64,000 bases of DNA from Plasmodiophora brassicae. Its lineage: Eukaryota. The notes under the pieces were generated by a model, which was given only the letters and a program-made list of their open reading frames with translations, did not search any database and was not told the origin of the DNA. Positions within the stretch are counted from its first letter, which is position 1. Every line of letters starts with the position of its first letter. Positions 1 to 10,488 of this stretch are shown here, piece by piece. The position numbers were made by a program, and so were the translations under genes. The DNA is taken from assembly GCA_036867785.1 (NCBI GenBank), contig CP145416.1, forward strand, positions 868,001 to 932,000, read 5' to 3'.

Positions 1-1720
1 CGGTGCTGTCTATGTACGGCGGTGAGAAGGACTACCTTTTCGATTCTTGTGTTTCCAACTAGCGGGCGGACCATAACGTCGCATTCGTGTTCCATAAGGT
101 CCCCAACTGTGAGGGGCTTCTCAGCAAGAGGTAAAACGCTGATCGTCTGACGCCCTGGAAGAGCCAACCGGTTAGTGGGGCGTAAGGGACGCTAGCATTT
201 GGCCAACGGTTCGTTCCGGGTGCCGCTACAGCCGGCCGTTGTTCTGCATCGCCTCCGATCACAACTGAACCGTTACTGGTAGACGACGGCCGCAATGTTT
301 GGAGTAATTCGTCATCTTCGGTATCCACATCATCGTCCTGAATGTTCCAGTGGTAAGCAGTCGGTGAGAAAAGGAGGCGGTGCCTGGCCACCTCGTCGTC
401 CTCGGTCTTGGGATTTGAATGCTCTTGATCGGAATCCAGGCTCTGAAGCGCAATGTTACGACATAAGCGTTAACGTTCAAACAGACGTTACGTTAGAGGT
501 AGAGTTGAGCTCCGCATTCGTGCGTTCCTCGTCGCGGTCATTCCCGGCTGACACGGCCTGTGTTGGGGTGTTATGGATTGACGAAACGTCAGACAAGGCC
601 AAGGGAGCCAATGATTCCCGCTTGTGTTCGATGAGGAGAGGAAGCGGTGACTCCCAGAATGGGTGAGAGCATATTTCCGGCCATGCTATGAAAGGACAAT
701 AAGACAGGAGGCCCCGATCCGACTGGATGGTGTCATACTGATTCGTTTTGAAACCGACTTCTGCAAACACCTTGTGACCAAGTCGACAAACTCAGGGGAT
801 ACATGACTGGGCATTTGGGGCGGGGCCGAATTCCGTATTTCTTTCACGAGCTCTCGCATTGGCCACTGTGGAAATGGCACCTGTCCACAGGCCATCTCAT
901 AAAGAAGGCATCCGAATGACCTGTTGCTTCGTCAGTGGCTGCAAGCATGGCCGGTTCAACTGCGACAAATGCCTGACCAGATGTCGCTTGCAACTGAGAA
1001 CACTGCCTTGGAGTTGAACTGTTCCGGGCTCATGTAATGAGGAGTTCCTCGTTTGGATCTGGGTACCTGACGCCAGGGCCATGTTTGTTAACTCCAGAAC
1101 AACTGAGGATGCGAACTCTACATTTTCGTCTGATGGACCGTCCTTGAGATTGCGAGCCAGGCCAAAGTCGCACAGTTTCAGCACAGCGAATTCCGTCAGC
1201 AGGATGTTTGACGGCTTCAAGTCGCAGTAAACAATCTGCTTCGAATGTACATATCTGCTATCATATCAGCGTTGCACTAGCGACTGGCGCTGATATCGAC
1301 TCACTGTAAGCCACAAGCGATATCCTTTGCGAACAGGCGCAAGCACGGTTCCGGAAGTTGTCTGTCCTGCTTGAGAAGATTGGCAAGGCTCCCTGGGATC
1401 CAGTACCCAACCGATCAACCGCTGCCTCTGAGATGAGATCACGCACGGGACTTACCTCCAACGCAATACTCCATACACACCCAAATGTTATTGGGCGTCT
1501 GGTACCACGTGAAGAACTTCATGATATTTTCGTGCGACATCTGCTTCAGTATCGACACCTGGTACTTGATTCGCTGGCTGTGCTCGCGGTCGATGCTCTT
1601 GACGGCGACGAAATCCAATGTGAAATGCTTCCGCCCCCGGTACACAGTCGAGTGCCGGCCGCGCCCGATCTCCTCGTAGATCTCATAATCCGACAGCGAT
1701 TGCGACGCGGAGCTTGCCAT
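1..1720 (-). CDS. ULK4: ULK4/RUNKEL-like Ser/Thr kinase, multi-exon, 3' part runs off the window start
   Basis: Exons give [73 protein letters not shown] and [11 protein letters not shown]; the N-lobe resembles ULK4/RUK. Confidence 0.75.
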
Positions 1721-1980
1721 TGCTCCTCGGTCACGTGCGTTGGTCACAACTCACAACGCGCCTGCTGTCATGGAAAGAGGGTCACCCGCGAATCCACGGA
1801 GCCTTGACGTTACGGTCGTGTCGGCGTAACACCCGATGGCCCCGCGCTGGCCGGGTGGGCACCGGAGCTACGTAGGTAGGTAGACGGCCCTGCCGCGCAT
1901 AAGCGCTCTGCCCCACATTGGTTAGCAGCTGCTTGATCATTGATAAACGGACGGAAAGGTTTATAAACAGACAGAAACGT

Positions 1981-2957
1981 TTATGTGGAACTGTTAATCT
2001 CGACTGTCCAGAGTACGGGAGCCGAGCATCGGATCGTGACTGTGGAGGACACTACAGCGTTGCTGGTGGACACCAGGTGGCCGAACTCCAGGCGGTGTGC
2101 GGAAAGGTTCCACTGCAAGCCTAGAATGCATGGAAGTCAGCAAAGATGTGGCATCGCAGCCCCGTATCCTAGCGAAACCTGAAGTGGTAACTGATTCGAC
2201 AGCACAACCTATTGGGATGAGGCCGCATGTCGGTCCTGACCGTTTCGGATGGCATTCCTGCGGTGGCAAAGGTGCTTCAGGACAACATAAATCATGGGGC
2301 CGATGGTTTACAATGGAAACCGCGGATTCGGGCTGAATAAGGCAGGCTAGAGTCGTGCTCGACAGCAGCGTCAGTGACGCGAACCATTTCCGGAACATGT
2401 ACAATGCATTGATGGAGCTCATCTCATGGTCAAAGCGACCACCAAAGGCCCCAAAGATGGTAACATGTAGTGGCAACTGATCGCTCCGTTCTAACAAGAC
2501 GGCAATCGTCGCACAGAATGATGCCGCTCCTTCAAAATGCCAACTTACCTAAGTTCAGAATCTGGCGTTCAGGGAAGCACTCCATCTGCTTCGACGGCTG
2601 CCATAATGCCAGAACCCGCAGGCATTTCGACAGGTCGGTATGGTCCTGCGACGGAGCAGAGATCACAGGCACGCCTTTGGCCTTGTATATCGACAGGATG
2701 TCCGGATCGGCCGAATCCAGGTCCCCACAGATGGCATGCGGGACCAGGTCATCAATGATCCCCAGCGCATTGAACATGTCCGCCACCTTGTTACATGCAC
2801 CATCCGCAAGAACCACGACGGACGCCGACCTCCACAGGCGCACCAGCAGGTCCACAGACCTGCGCTCGTCGAAATTGTTCACGACGACCAACGCTGTATT
2901 CCGCAGGCGCCCGTCGAGCAGCGCGCCGTGATCCAGGACGACAATGTCGCCCGTCAT
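1981..2957 (-). CDS. TPK1: Thiamine pyrophosphokinase (multi-exon)
   Basis: ADGACN, ICGDLDS, QDHTDLSKC, GAFGGRFDHEMSSINAL, CGLIPIG and the C-terminal LEFGHLVSTSN motifs. Confidence 0.93.
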
Positions 2958-3002
2958 AAGGTCACTTTACGGTTCCGGGCACCGAGACACTCCGTGGCGG
3001 CA

Positions 3003-3850
3003 ATGTTCTGGGACCTGAACGTTCCCGCTCCAGTTGCCGGCGCCATCGCCGACACCGCCCGACGGCGTAAGACATCCGGTCTGTACGTGCATTACTTTGT
3101 CGATGACAACGTGCGTGCAGTGGGGTTCGATGGCGTTGCCGTTAACGAGATCGTGTCTGGGAAGGTCACTGCGGCGTGCCAGATCAAGCCGGTTGCCGTC
3201 GCCGGAACGTTAAAGCAGAAGACGCGGTTAACGGTGGTGCTCAGCGATAGCAACCAGATATCGTCGCTGTCGTCCGGGAACCATTTCCTGAAGTCGTACG
3301 ATATCGTCGCGTTCCGCCCGACAACGGACAAGCTGTTCCAGCAGTGCTGCATGTCGCTCGACTGTGACATCATCGCGCTGGACCTGTCCGAGCGCCTACC
3401 GTTCCCCATCAAATTCCCGACGGTCCACGCCGCTACCCAACGCGGTGTCTTCTTCGAGCTATGCTACGGCGGCCTGATCGCCGACCCGGCATCCCGACGG
3501 CAACTCATGTCTAATATGATGAACGTCGTTCGCGTCACCAAGGGCCGCAACATTATCCTCACGTCGCAGGTCATCGGCGCCCTCCACGTACGTAGCCCAT
3601 ACGACATCATGAACCTCGGCGCCCTGTTCGGCCTCAGCCACGCCCAGGCCCGAGCCGCGCTGTCCACGAACGCCATCAGCGTCCTGGAACGAGGCCAGCT
3701 TCGACGCACCGCCCAGGTAGTATTAGCGCGTCGGTCTGTGGCCACTCCCGACCCCGGTACTGAACACACACCACCCCCTGTCAGGGCGTCTGCCGCGCTG
3801 TGGAGCTGTCGTCGCTGGACCCGGAGAAGGACGCCTGGATGCTCCAATGA
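3003..3850 (+). CDS. RPP30: RNase P/MRP subunit p30 (Rpp1), probably 2 introns
   Basis: MFWDLNV start; TRLTVVL..YDIVAFRPTTDKLFQQCC..DIIALDLSERLPF..RGVFFELCY..KGRNIILTS..RSPYDIMNL; the last exon after an intron at ~3717-3784 ends WMLQ*. Confidence 0.92.
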
Positions 3851-3933
3851 ATGGTAGATACATGACTGGTGGGCAGCGACTCCGCGCGGTAACCAATGAA
3901 TTGGGTCCACCACCCATCGGCAGCGCATCGGCC

Positions 3934-4716
3934 ATGGCGTCCAGGCCGTACCAGTGCGACGTGTGCTATCTGGATTTCTGGTCGTCGCAGGCCTTGCAGC
4001 GGCACCTGACCTGGTCGCCCGCACATGTCTGGGACAGCGGTGTGGGCGATGGCGCGAACGTCTGCCTGCACTGCGGGTGGCGGTTCCTGTCGCCCGACGA
4101 CCTCGCCGAGCATCAGCTGTCCGCCGGCAGCGCCTTCCAGTGCGACATTTGTGACGAGTGGACGACCTGCGCCCATCGCGTCGATGAACCGGACATGATC
4201 GTCGATATCGTCGATGCTGGCGACCCGTTGCCGACAGATGTCTGGCCGGTCGGTGGCGATACGGATATGGATTACGACGACGACAATGACGACGACGACG
4301 ACGACGATGATGATGATGATGACGACGAGATCACAAGCGAGGCGTACGCGTCTGATGATATGTTTAGATGCGAGACGTGTGGCGAAACGTTCTCGACGCA
4401 GACGTACCTGATGTGGCACGACCTGTCGTGCGAAGAGCGACGGGAGGCGTCGATCCCGCCGCCGGCATCCTTGGTCGAGCAGTACGAACGCATCGTTGAG
4501 GTGAGCGGGTCCCGATCGCGTGCATCCGCTTCCAGCCTGCATTGCCTGATCTGCATGGACGACAATCGGTGCATTGTGTATCGGCCCTGCATGCACCTGG
4601 TCGCCTGCGTCGCCTGCGCGTTCGACTGCCTTCTGAAACCGACTCGCCTCGCCCAGTCGTATTCGTGCCCACTATGCAGGACACCGGTCGACACCATCGA
4701 ACGGATCTTCGTCTGA
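3934..4716 (+). CDS. C2H2 zinc-finger plus C-terminal RING (C3HC4) protein with a poly-Asp tract
   Basis: CDVC..HLTWSPAH, CLHC..H, CETC..H; RING CLICMDDNRCIVYRPCMHLVACVAC..CPLCR. The ORF is open from 3847; GCCATGG context at 3934. Confidence 0.8.
   Translation: MASRPYQCDVCYLDFWSSQALQRHLTWSPAHVWDSGVGDGANVCLHCGWRFLSPDDLAEHQLSAGSAFQCDICDEWTTCAHRVDEPDMIVDIVDAGDPLPTDVWPVGGDTDMDYDDDNDDDDDDDDDDDDDEITSEAYASDDMFRCETCGETFSTQTYLMWHDLSCEERREASIPPPASLVEQYERIVEVSGSRSRASASSLHCLICMDDNRCIVYRPCMHLVACVACAFDCLLKPTRLAQSYSCPLCRTPVDTIERIFV
4274..4326 (+). repeat. (GAC/GAT)n trinucleotide run encoding poly-Asp
   Basis: gacgacgac..gatgatgat directly visible. Confidence 0.9.
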
Positions 4717-4930
4717 CACTCATCCTATATAAACACATTGTTGTTGTAGTCATGGTGCTGGGGTGGTATTCACTCGTTGCTGTCCGCCGCCGCCGTCGTC
4801 GTGCTGCCTCTGCCTATGCTCGAGCAGGTCTTTCCAAGGATCTTTGAAGAACGACTCGCGGATATCCGGGCCTTGGACGTCGTCGTCGTCGTCACGACAT
4901 CGGTTCTGGTAAGGATGCCCGCTGCTGCCA
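4551..4930. repeat. Direct duplication copy 1 (RING 3' end plus 5'-truncated MPLKIP-like gene); partner at ~6310-6608
   Basis: tgcgcgttcgactgccttctgaaaccgactcgc..caggacaccgg and ctcgagcaggtctttccaaggatctt occur in both copies. Confidence 0.9.
4750..4930 (-). pseudogene. 5'-truncated, degenerate copy of the MPLKIP/SICKLE-like gene
   Basis: Translates GSSGHPYQNRCRDDDDDVQGPDIRESFFKDPWKDLLEHR; no in-frame ATG before the upstream stop; the motif is decayed relative to the 6401-6670 copy. Confidence 0.7.
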
Positions 4931-5189
4931 CAAATCCCTTGTGGAACCAGTGAATGCGGTTGGCCGGGCGCGTGAACAAGGTTCAGTCAAGGGCGCTTAT
5001 GTGCTCGCTTACGTTGGTGATGCTTGGTGCTTAGGTTGGTACTGCTTTGATACCAAGTATAAAATCCGATGCAGCATTCAATAAAAGTTGTACGGACCCC
5101 GCCACGGCGCATTCGTAGCATGAGCCATTGAGCCCCTGAAGCGCTTGAGCGCCACTGGGGATCACACTCCGCGCACTGCGTGGGGGCTC

Positions 5190-5544
5190 CAGCAGGTCGC
5201 GGCCTGCGTCCCCTCTGCACATGGGTCTGCATCGGCTGCAGGCGACCTGAAGCGCCGAAACGAACCAAACCGGGGCACCAGCCCCGGGGTACGTCTGCGC
5301 AGCATGCTCGGCGATCCCCGCGTGTTCCCGAATATGGGCCGCCGCAATCTCAACGCCAGTCACGCGCGGCGTGCCCCGGTCGGCCTCCTTCAGTCTCTTT
5401 CGGGACCGAACAACTTCCTTGGCCGCGCACACGGGTGTCACCTCTAGGGACGGCTACGATCCGCACTGCGACAGGCGGCGACACCGCGCTGGCGTTGACG
5501 TCGGTAAGGGTACCGAGGGAGGGGATATCAACGTTGTAGTTCAT
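5190..5544 (-). pseudogene. Frameshifted, truncated inverted copy of the Mug135-like gene
   Basis: Same N-terminus as the 5643 gene, a net 5-nt deletion near 5450 shifts the frame, and the C-terminal domain is missing. Confidence 0.75.
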
Positions 5545-6000
5545 CGCGAGCGACGCCGGCAATGAAACATGACTCGGCTTGCGCGTACGGACTGTTTCTC
5601 GCGGAAAGACCGAGTCATATTTCATTGCCGGCGTCACTCGCGATGAACTACAGCGCGGATACCCCCGCCATCGGTGCCCTTACCGACGTCAACGCCAGCG
5701 CGATGTCGCCGCCTGTTGCAGTGCCGATCGTAGCCGGCGCACCCCTGGAGGTGACGCACGTGTGCGCGGCCAAGGAAGATGTTCGGTCCCGAAAGAGACC
5801 GAGGGAGGCCGACCCGGGCGCGCCGCGCGTGACTGGCGTTGAGATTGCGGCGGCGCAAATTCGAGAACACGCGGTGATCGCCGAGCACGCCGCGCAAACG
5901 TACCCCGGGGCTGGTGCCCCGGTTTGGTTCGCTTCGGCGCTTCAGGGCGCCCTGCAGCGGACGCAGGCCCACCTGCTGCAGCAAGTGCAGCGGATGCAGG
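5190..6000. repeat. Long imperfect inverted repeat, arms ~5190-5577 and 5610-~6000, spacer ~32 nt
   Basis: ..cgacgccggcaatgaaacatgactcgg is the reverse complement of ccgagtcatatttcattgccggcgtca..; both arms encode ALTDVNASAxSPPVAV..APRVTGVEIAAA..EHAAQTYPGAGAPVWF. Confidence 0.92.
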
Positions 6001-6313
6001 CCCATGCGTACGCTCGCAGGTTACTAGTAAGTGCATCTCCAAATTTCTGAGTACATCATACAGCGAATCGCGGTCGATCGCGCGGGTCCTCAACTCGGCG
6101 ATTTCAGAGGACGGCTTCGCTCTACATCCTTTGGTCGGTAATGACGGCGCAGTTCCCTCGGGATTCCCTGCCACAACGGAGGAGCTTAAGGGCATGCGAG
6201 GAGCCGACGTCAATGCCCTGTTGCAAGCGAATGGCTTGGTGCCGAGAGGCAACGTTGCTCACCGTCGTCAGCAGCTCGGCACGTTCCTCGGCCTGTACAG
6301 CCGTTTCCACTGA
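5643..6313 (+). CDS. Coiled-coil plus Mug135-like C-terminal domain (DUF1773-type) protein; intron 6008-6063
   Basis: Spliced ..QRMQAHA/ESRSIARVLNS..LHPLVGNDGAVPSGFPATTEELKGM..VNALLQANGL..RRQQLGTFLG fits the NS..L.P..FP.T..EL..ALL..GL..L..FLG pattern as I recall it. Confidence 0.6.
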
Positions 6314-6608
6314 TGCCGACGATCGGTGCGCGTTCGACTGCCTTCTGAAACCGACTCGCCCCGCCCAGTCGTATTCGTGCCCGTTATGCAGGACACCGGC
6401 TTATATAAACACAGTATCCATTGTTGTTGCCGTCATGCTGCTGGGGTGGTTATTCACTCGTTGCTGTTCGCCGCCGTCGTCGTCGTGCTGCCTCTGCTCG
6501 AGCAGGTCTTTCCAAGGATCTTCGAGGAACGACTCGCGGAAGTACGGGCCTTGCGCGTCGTCGTCGTCACGACGTCGGTTCCGGTACGGATGCCCGCTGC
6601 TGCTGCCA
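6310..6608. repeat. Direct duplication copy 2 (deleted RING-tail remnant plus intact MPLKIP-like 3' part)
   Basis: Aligns to 4551-4930 with two internal deletions in the RING remnant. Confidence 0.9.
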
Positions 6609-6670
6609 CGGCGGCGACCTCGGGCGCGTCCCCGCCCTCGCCATTGCCGAGCGGCGCCGTCGCCGTTCAT
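6401..6670 (-). CDS. Small RG-rich protein with an MPLKIP/TTDN1/SICKLE-like motif
   Basis: MNGDGAARQWRGRGRARGRRRG..PYFRESFLEDPWKDL resembles the YFKPSMLEDPW motif. Confidence 0.6.
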   Translation of the reverse strand: MNGDGAARQWRGRGRARGRRRGSSSGHPYRNRRRDDDDAQGPYFRESFLEDPWKDLLEQRQHDDDGGEQQRVNNHPSSMTATTMDTVFI

Positions 6671-6719
6671 CGCCGCACTTTTCAACCTGACTATGGCTGG
6701 GCTTTATGGATTACGTACT

Positions 6720-9700
6720 CTATGGCAGAGGTGCCGACACGCGTCGTAACGACGCCGGGGACAGCGGCCCGCCCTTGTCGAGATGGTGGTACCTGTGTCG
6801 AGCCGGGCCGGCGTCGCTGTCGACGAACCTGTAGTATAGCGACGCGTCGTTGGCGAAGACGGCAGACCGCGTGTTCACGGGTTCGAATCGCTGCGCGGCC
6901 AGCAGCAGGATGGCGATGTACGCCGCCGAGTCGGGCGCGGCGGCGAGCCCAGTCCCAAGTAACGCGTCGACCAGTTCGCTGCCGGAGAATCGAGCGTTTC
7001 GCCTGTCTTCGCATCCCAGCGACCGTCGTATGGTCGTCAGGACCGCCGGAATCGGAGGCCTGTCTTGGAACCGGTTCCGCAGGTGATACTCGAGGACGCG
7101 GGCTATGGTTGTTTCGTTCCTGTGCCTCTCGTTCTCCCGTGTGCCTACTGGGACGGCGTTGAGACGAGGGCATGAGGCGACACCGAATCGCCTCGTTCTT
7201 GCCTATGGGTGCACTGACCAGCTTCGCGCAGATGTCCAGACGCTTTGCAGGCGACGAACACTGAAGGAACGCTCTGATCTGGGGCCCAATGTGGACTGAG
7301 GCGCTCAGGGACGCGCGCCTCGCTGACGAATCGTCATGTCACTACGGTACTGCACCGACCAAACCCATTCAACCTACGGGCGACGACGGCGAGCAGGAGC
7401 ATTGCGTCGCGGTAAAACTCAGCCCAGTGCTGAAGCGATGCAACAACGGGACGCTCTTCCGGGAGGGCGGTGACGCGGAACCCGGCCTGCCGGGTAAATT
7501 CGTTGTCAGGCCCGACCGACGCGCGCACGCTGGCGACGGTCTGCAACGGACCTGTTCGCTGTCGCCGTTGAAGCCGATTGCTGCCAGGAACTTGCAGACA
7601 GCTTCACTGACGTCGTACGACGGATCGTAGCCGTGCTGAGTAGGTACGAAACGGGTGGCCGCATTGTCAGGCAGCGCGAGCGACGAGGGTAGGTCCCAGT
7701 ACGAAACGGGAGGGCGGAATTCCCCCGGGCATTCAGCCCAGTCCCAGGTACAGAAGACAAAGTTGGCAATGATCTCAAGCAGGCGGATAAGGTTTCTGAA
7801 GGAGAGCGCGCGCGCAGGTCAGCATGGAATGATATCTCGGCGGTGAAGCGTCCCTCGCTTACGAGTAGTACGTTGCCGTATAATCGTTGCGGAACAGTTG
7901 TTTCTGGCGGATAAGCTTGGACAGAAGGAAGCCGATGATGGTACTGGCTGAATCGCGCCCGCTCGATCCCCACCGACACATATGCTCCAGCATTCGTGTG
8001 AATACGGTCTCGAATTCCGTCGACGTCATCATCATGCTGAAGTGCAAGATGACGACAAAGTGCATCCGAAGCTGGACCGAGGCCGGTCAGTGAGGCTATC
8101 GAGCGACCCGAGCGAAACGACGCACCTGGATATGTGTATCTCGCTGCTGAGTCGATGCGTTCTCGAAAACGACTGGCTGAAGTAACCATTCAGGCCATTC
8201 CGCCTGCGACAGCAGCGTCTGTGAATTCGTCCTGAACGAGCGCCGGTTAGCGAACCCTTCCTGCAAGCCTTGGATGTGCGTCATACGGCTCCTCCAGGAT
8301 CATCCAAGTCAGTTCCCGAAAGATGGAGTTCTTAACCGGAGATGGAGCGTGAACAGTGGCGATCAGCAACCCTTTCCAGGCAGCGGGAAACCTCAGCAGC
8401 TAAATGGGCATGTGTAAGCGGCCTTGTCAACAGGACGGGCGCAGGGGACACCTTAGGAAATCGCTGCGTCGGTTCTCCTTTGAGGCACAGCACGACGGCG
8501 GCACCGACTTCCTCGGTGAACCGATCGCCGCTCAGATGCGACTCCAGGAAGGACGCGAACTTGTCCCTCGCGCCCCTCTACGGGTCAGTTCGTTGTCAGT
8601 GTCCGTTTGTGTAACAACCCTCTTCAGCAGCAAGCCTACCTTGCCCTTCACTAGAGACCACTTCAAATGGACTGCCACAGCGGAAGTCTCCGGGTCGTTG
8701 CACAGTGGAACGAGGTCCAAGGCCGCCTCGAACCGCGCGTCCCGTAAAAGAGACGTCAACAGGGACTCGATCTCAGACTGTATGTTCCCAGTACCCGACC
8801 CGCTGTCGGATGGCTTAGTCACCACCAGCCATCATTGTAAACTGATCCGCGTAATAGGAACCTTTTGTACGTGTCAACGGCGGGTCTCCTTCGTCCTGCA
8901 AGATTAAGGAGCTGCCTGAGAAGTGACCCTGTTGGCCGTCAGACGGCGCACGTGTGCACAGGCGTCTATTTCAAAGTCACACACCGTCGTTGCCGATGAC
9001 GTCCGCGAGTCGCACCGCCTGGATCCCCCCGATATCGGACAGAATGGACGAAAGCGCTTTCCTGCGATGGCGCCATTCAGTCGCCACCCATGAGGCACGC
9101 AGGAAGCTGACGGTACCGAAACTGGGAGGTATCCTCGTCATGTAGAGGCTGACGTCGGACGTCGGATTGCTGGCGCCTGTGTATTCCTGGGCGTGCCAGA
9201 CGCGGTCTGTCGTCCTCGACACTGGCGTGGCTTGATTCGGCGTCCCTATATGTATGATGCCTGGCAATCGTCCTGCCTGCAGGGTCAGCCCCCCTTGGCG
9301 ATCCCCTTAGGTCACACCGACCTCGAACGCCCCCGTTGGGCGGTACGATCACTGACATCATCGAACTCGGAGACGACGAACGGTAGGGAGAACCGCTTCC
9401 GACAGGACGAATTCGCGGATTGCTCCAGAATAAGACTGCCATTCGCCTGCTCCTTCCACAGGCCGTCCTTCCTGGTCGCAATGGCCTGGACCCAGACCTG
9501 TGCCTGGTCGGTGCTCTCGCACGACATGGTCAGGGTCTTCAGTTTCCCGGTGCTCCGATGGATGAACGACACCACGAAGCGTTCCGGGTTCTTCTCCAGC
9601 TGGCATACGTCGCCGATATGCAATAACGGAGCGACGTGATGCACGACGGGTTGGTTCGCCGACGAGAACACAATGAGCGCGTCGGTGCACATGCGTACGA

Positions 9701-10251
9701 ATCGTTTCGACCACATATGCATGGGGCCGCTTCCCGACCGAACGTCAAGCACGCCTTCGTACAGGCCATCGGGTGGCGCCGTTGCCATCGACGCCGTGTT
9801 GTGGCTCATCCGAAGATTCATGTACGGTCGTCTGCCGAGCGTACACACACCGTCCGTTCGACACCGACCGCAATATCAAGACTGGCCCTGACCTGCCCCA
9901 TGCCCACGCTAATACGACGGTGGAGATCAACAGCGCGACGTGTATCGGGGGGCCATCACATGCACATGGCACGACGTAGCTCGCGCTCGGACGCCCCGCC
10001 TGGCCACTCCTTGTCGGCGGTGCGGGGCGACTCCTCGCCGGTGCACTCCAATTCGCCCCTGCACATCGACGTTCGTCAGGTCGAGCAGCATCCCGCCGGC
10101 AGGCGCGCGTCGCTCACATGATGGCGACTGGCGAGCGCGGCGCCGCCTCCCACACGACGTCCCCTGGGGTCGCCGTCACCGCACACTCCGCTTTGCCCTT
10201 CGCGTCGCCCCCGGTCCCCACTTTCGCATGGCTGCCCATCGTCGACAACAT
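6720..10251 (-). CDS. Multi-exon protein with an N-terminal PH domain and a C-terminal DEP domain (single-gene model inferred)
   Basis: PH: YEGVLDVRSGSGPMHMWSKRFVRM..LTMSCESTDQAQVWVQAI (9312-9848). DEP-like: FSGSELVDALLGTGLA..AAYIAILLLAAQRFEPV..FANDASLYYRF (~6830-6990). Confidence 0.55.
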
Positions 10252-10488
10252 TGCAGGCGTCAACCCGATCGCCCCGGTCCCCCGTACGAATGCTGCACCG
10301 CCGTGTGGCCGCTGAACCTTCTCTCTCGTCTGGAGGCCGCACCGGCTCGGCCCGCCGTCGCCCGGCCCCGTTAATACCGTGTATCCTTTGCCACCAGTGT
10401 ATTAGGTGAAATAGCAATAATGATGAGGAGGAGGGTGCGCCTATAGCCAGCAATTGGATTGCAATGTACAGTGGACGTTAAATGCGGA

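Noticed and set aside
2640-3002. N-terminal 121 aa of the 405-aa ORF 2640-3857
   Set aside because: Antisense to TPK1; RPP30 homology starts at MFWDLN (3003).
5190-6000. Inverted repeat as the TIRs of a MITE or DNA transposon
   Set aside because: The arms are duplicated protein-coding sequence, and no short TSD or transposase is seen.
6880-6889. tRNA T-loop-like GGTTCGAATC
   Set aside because: No cloverleaf or acceptor stem, and it lies inside the DEP-coding exon.
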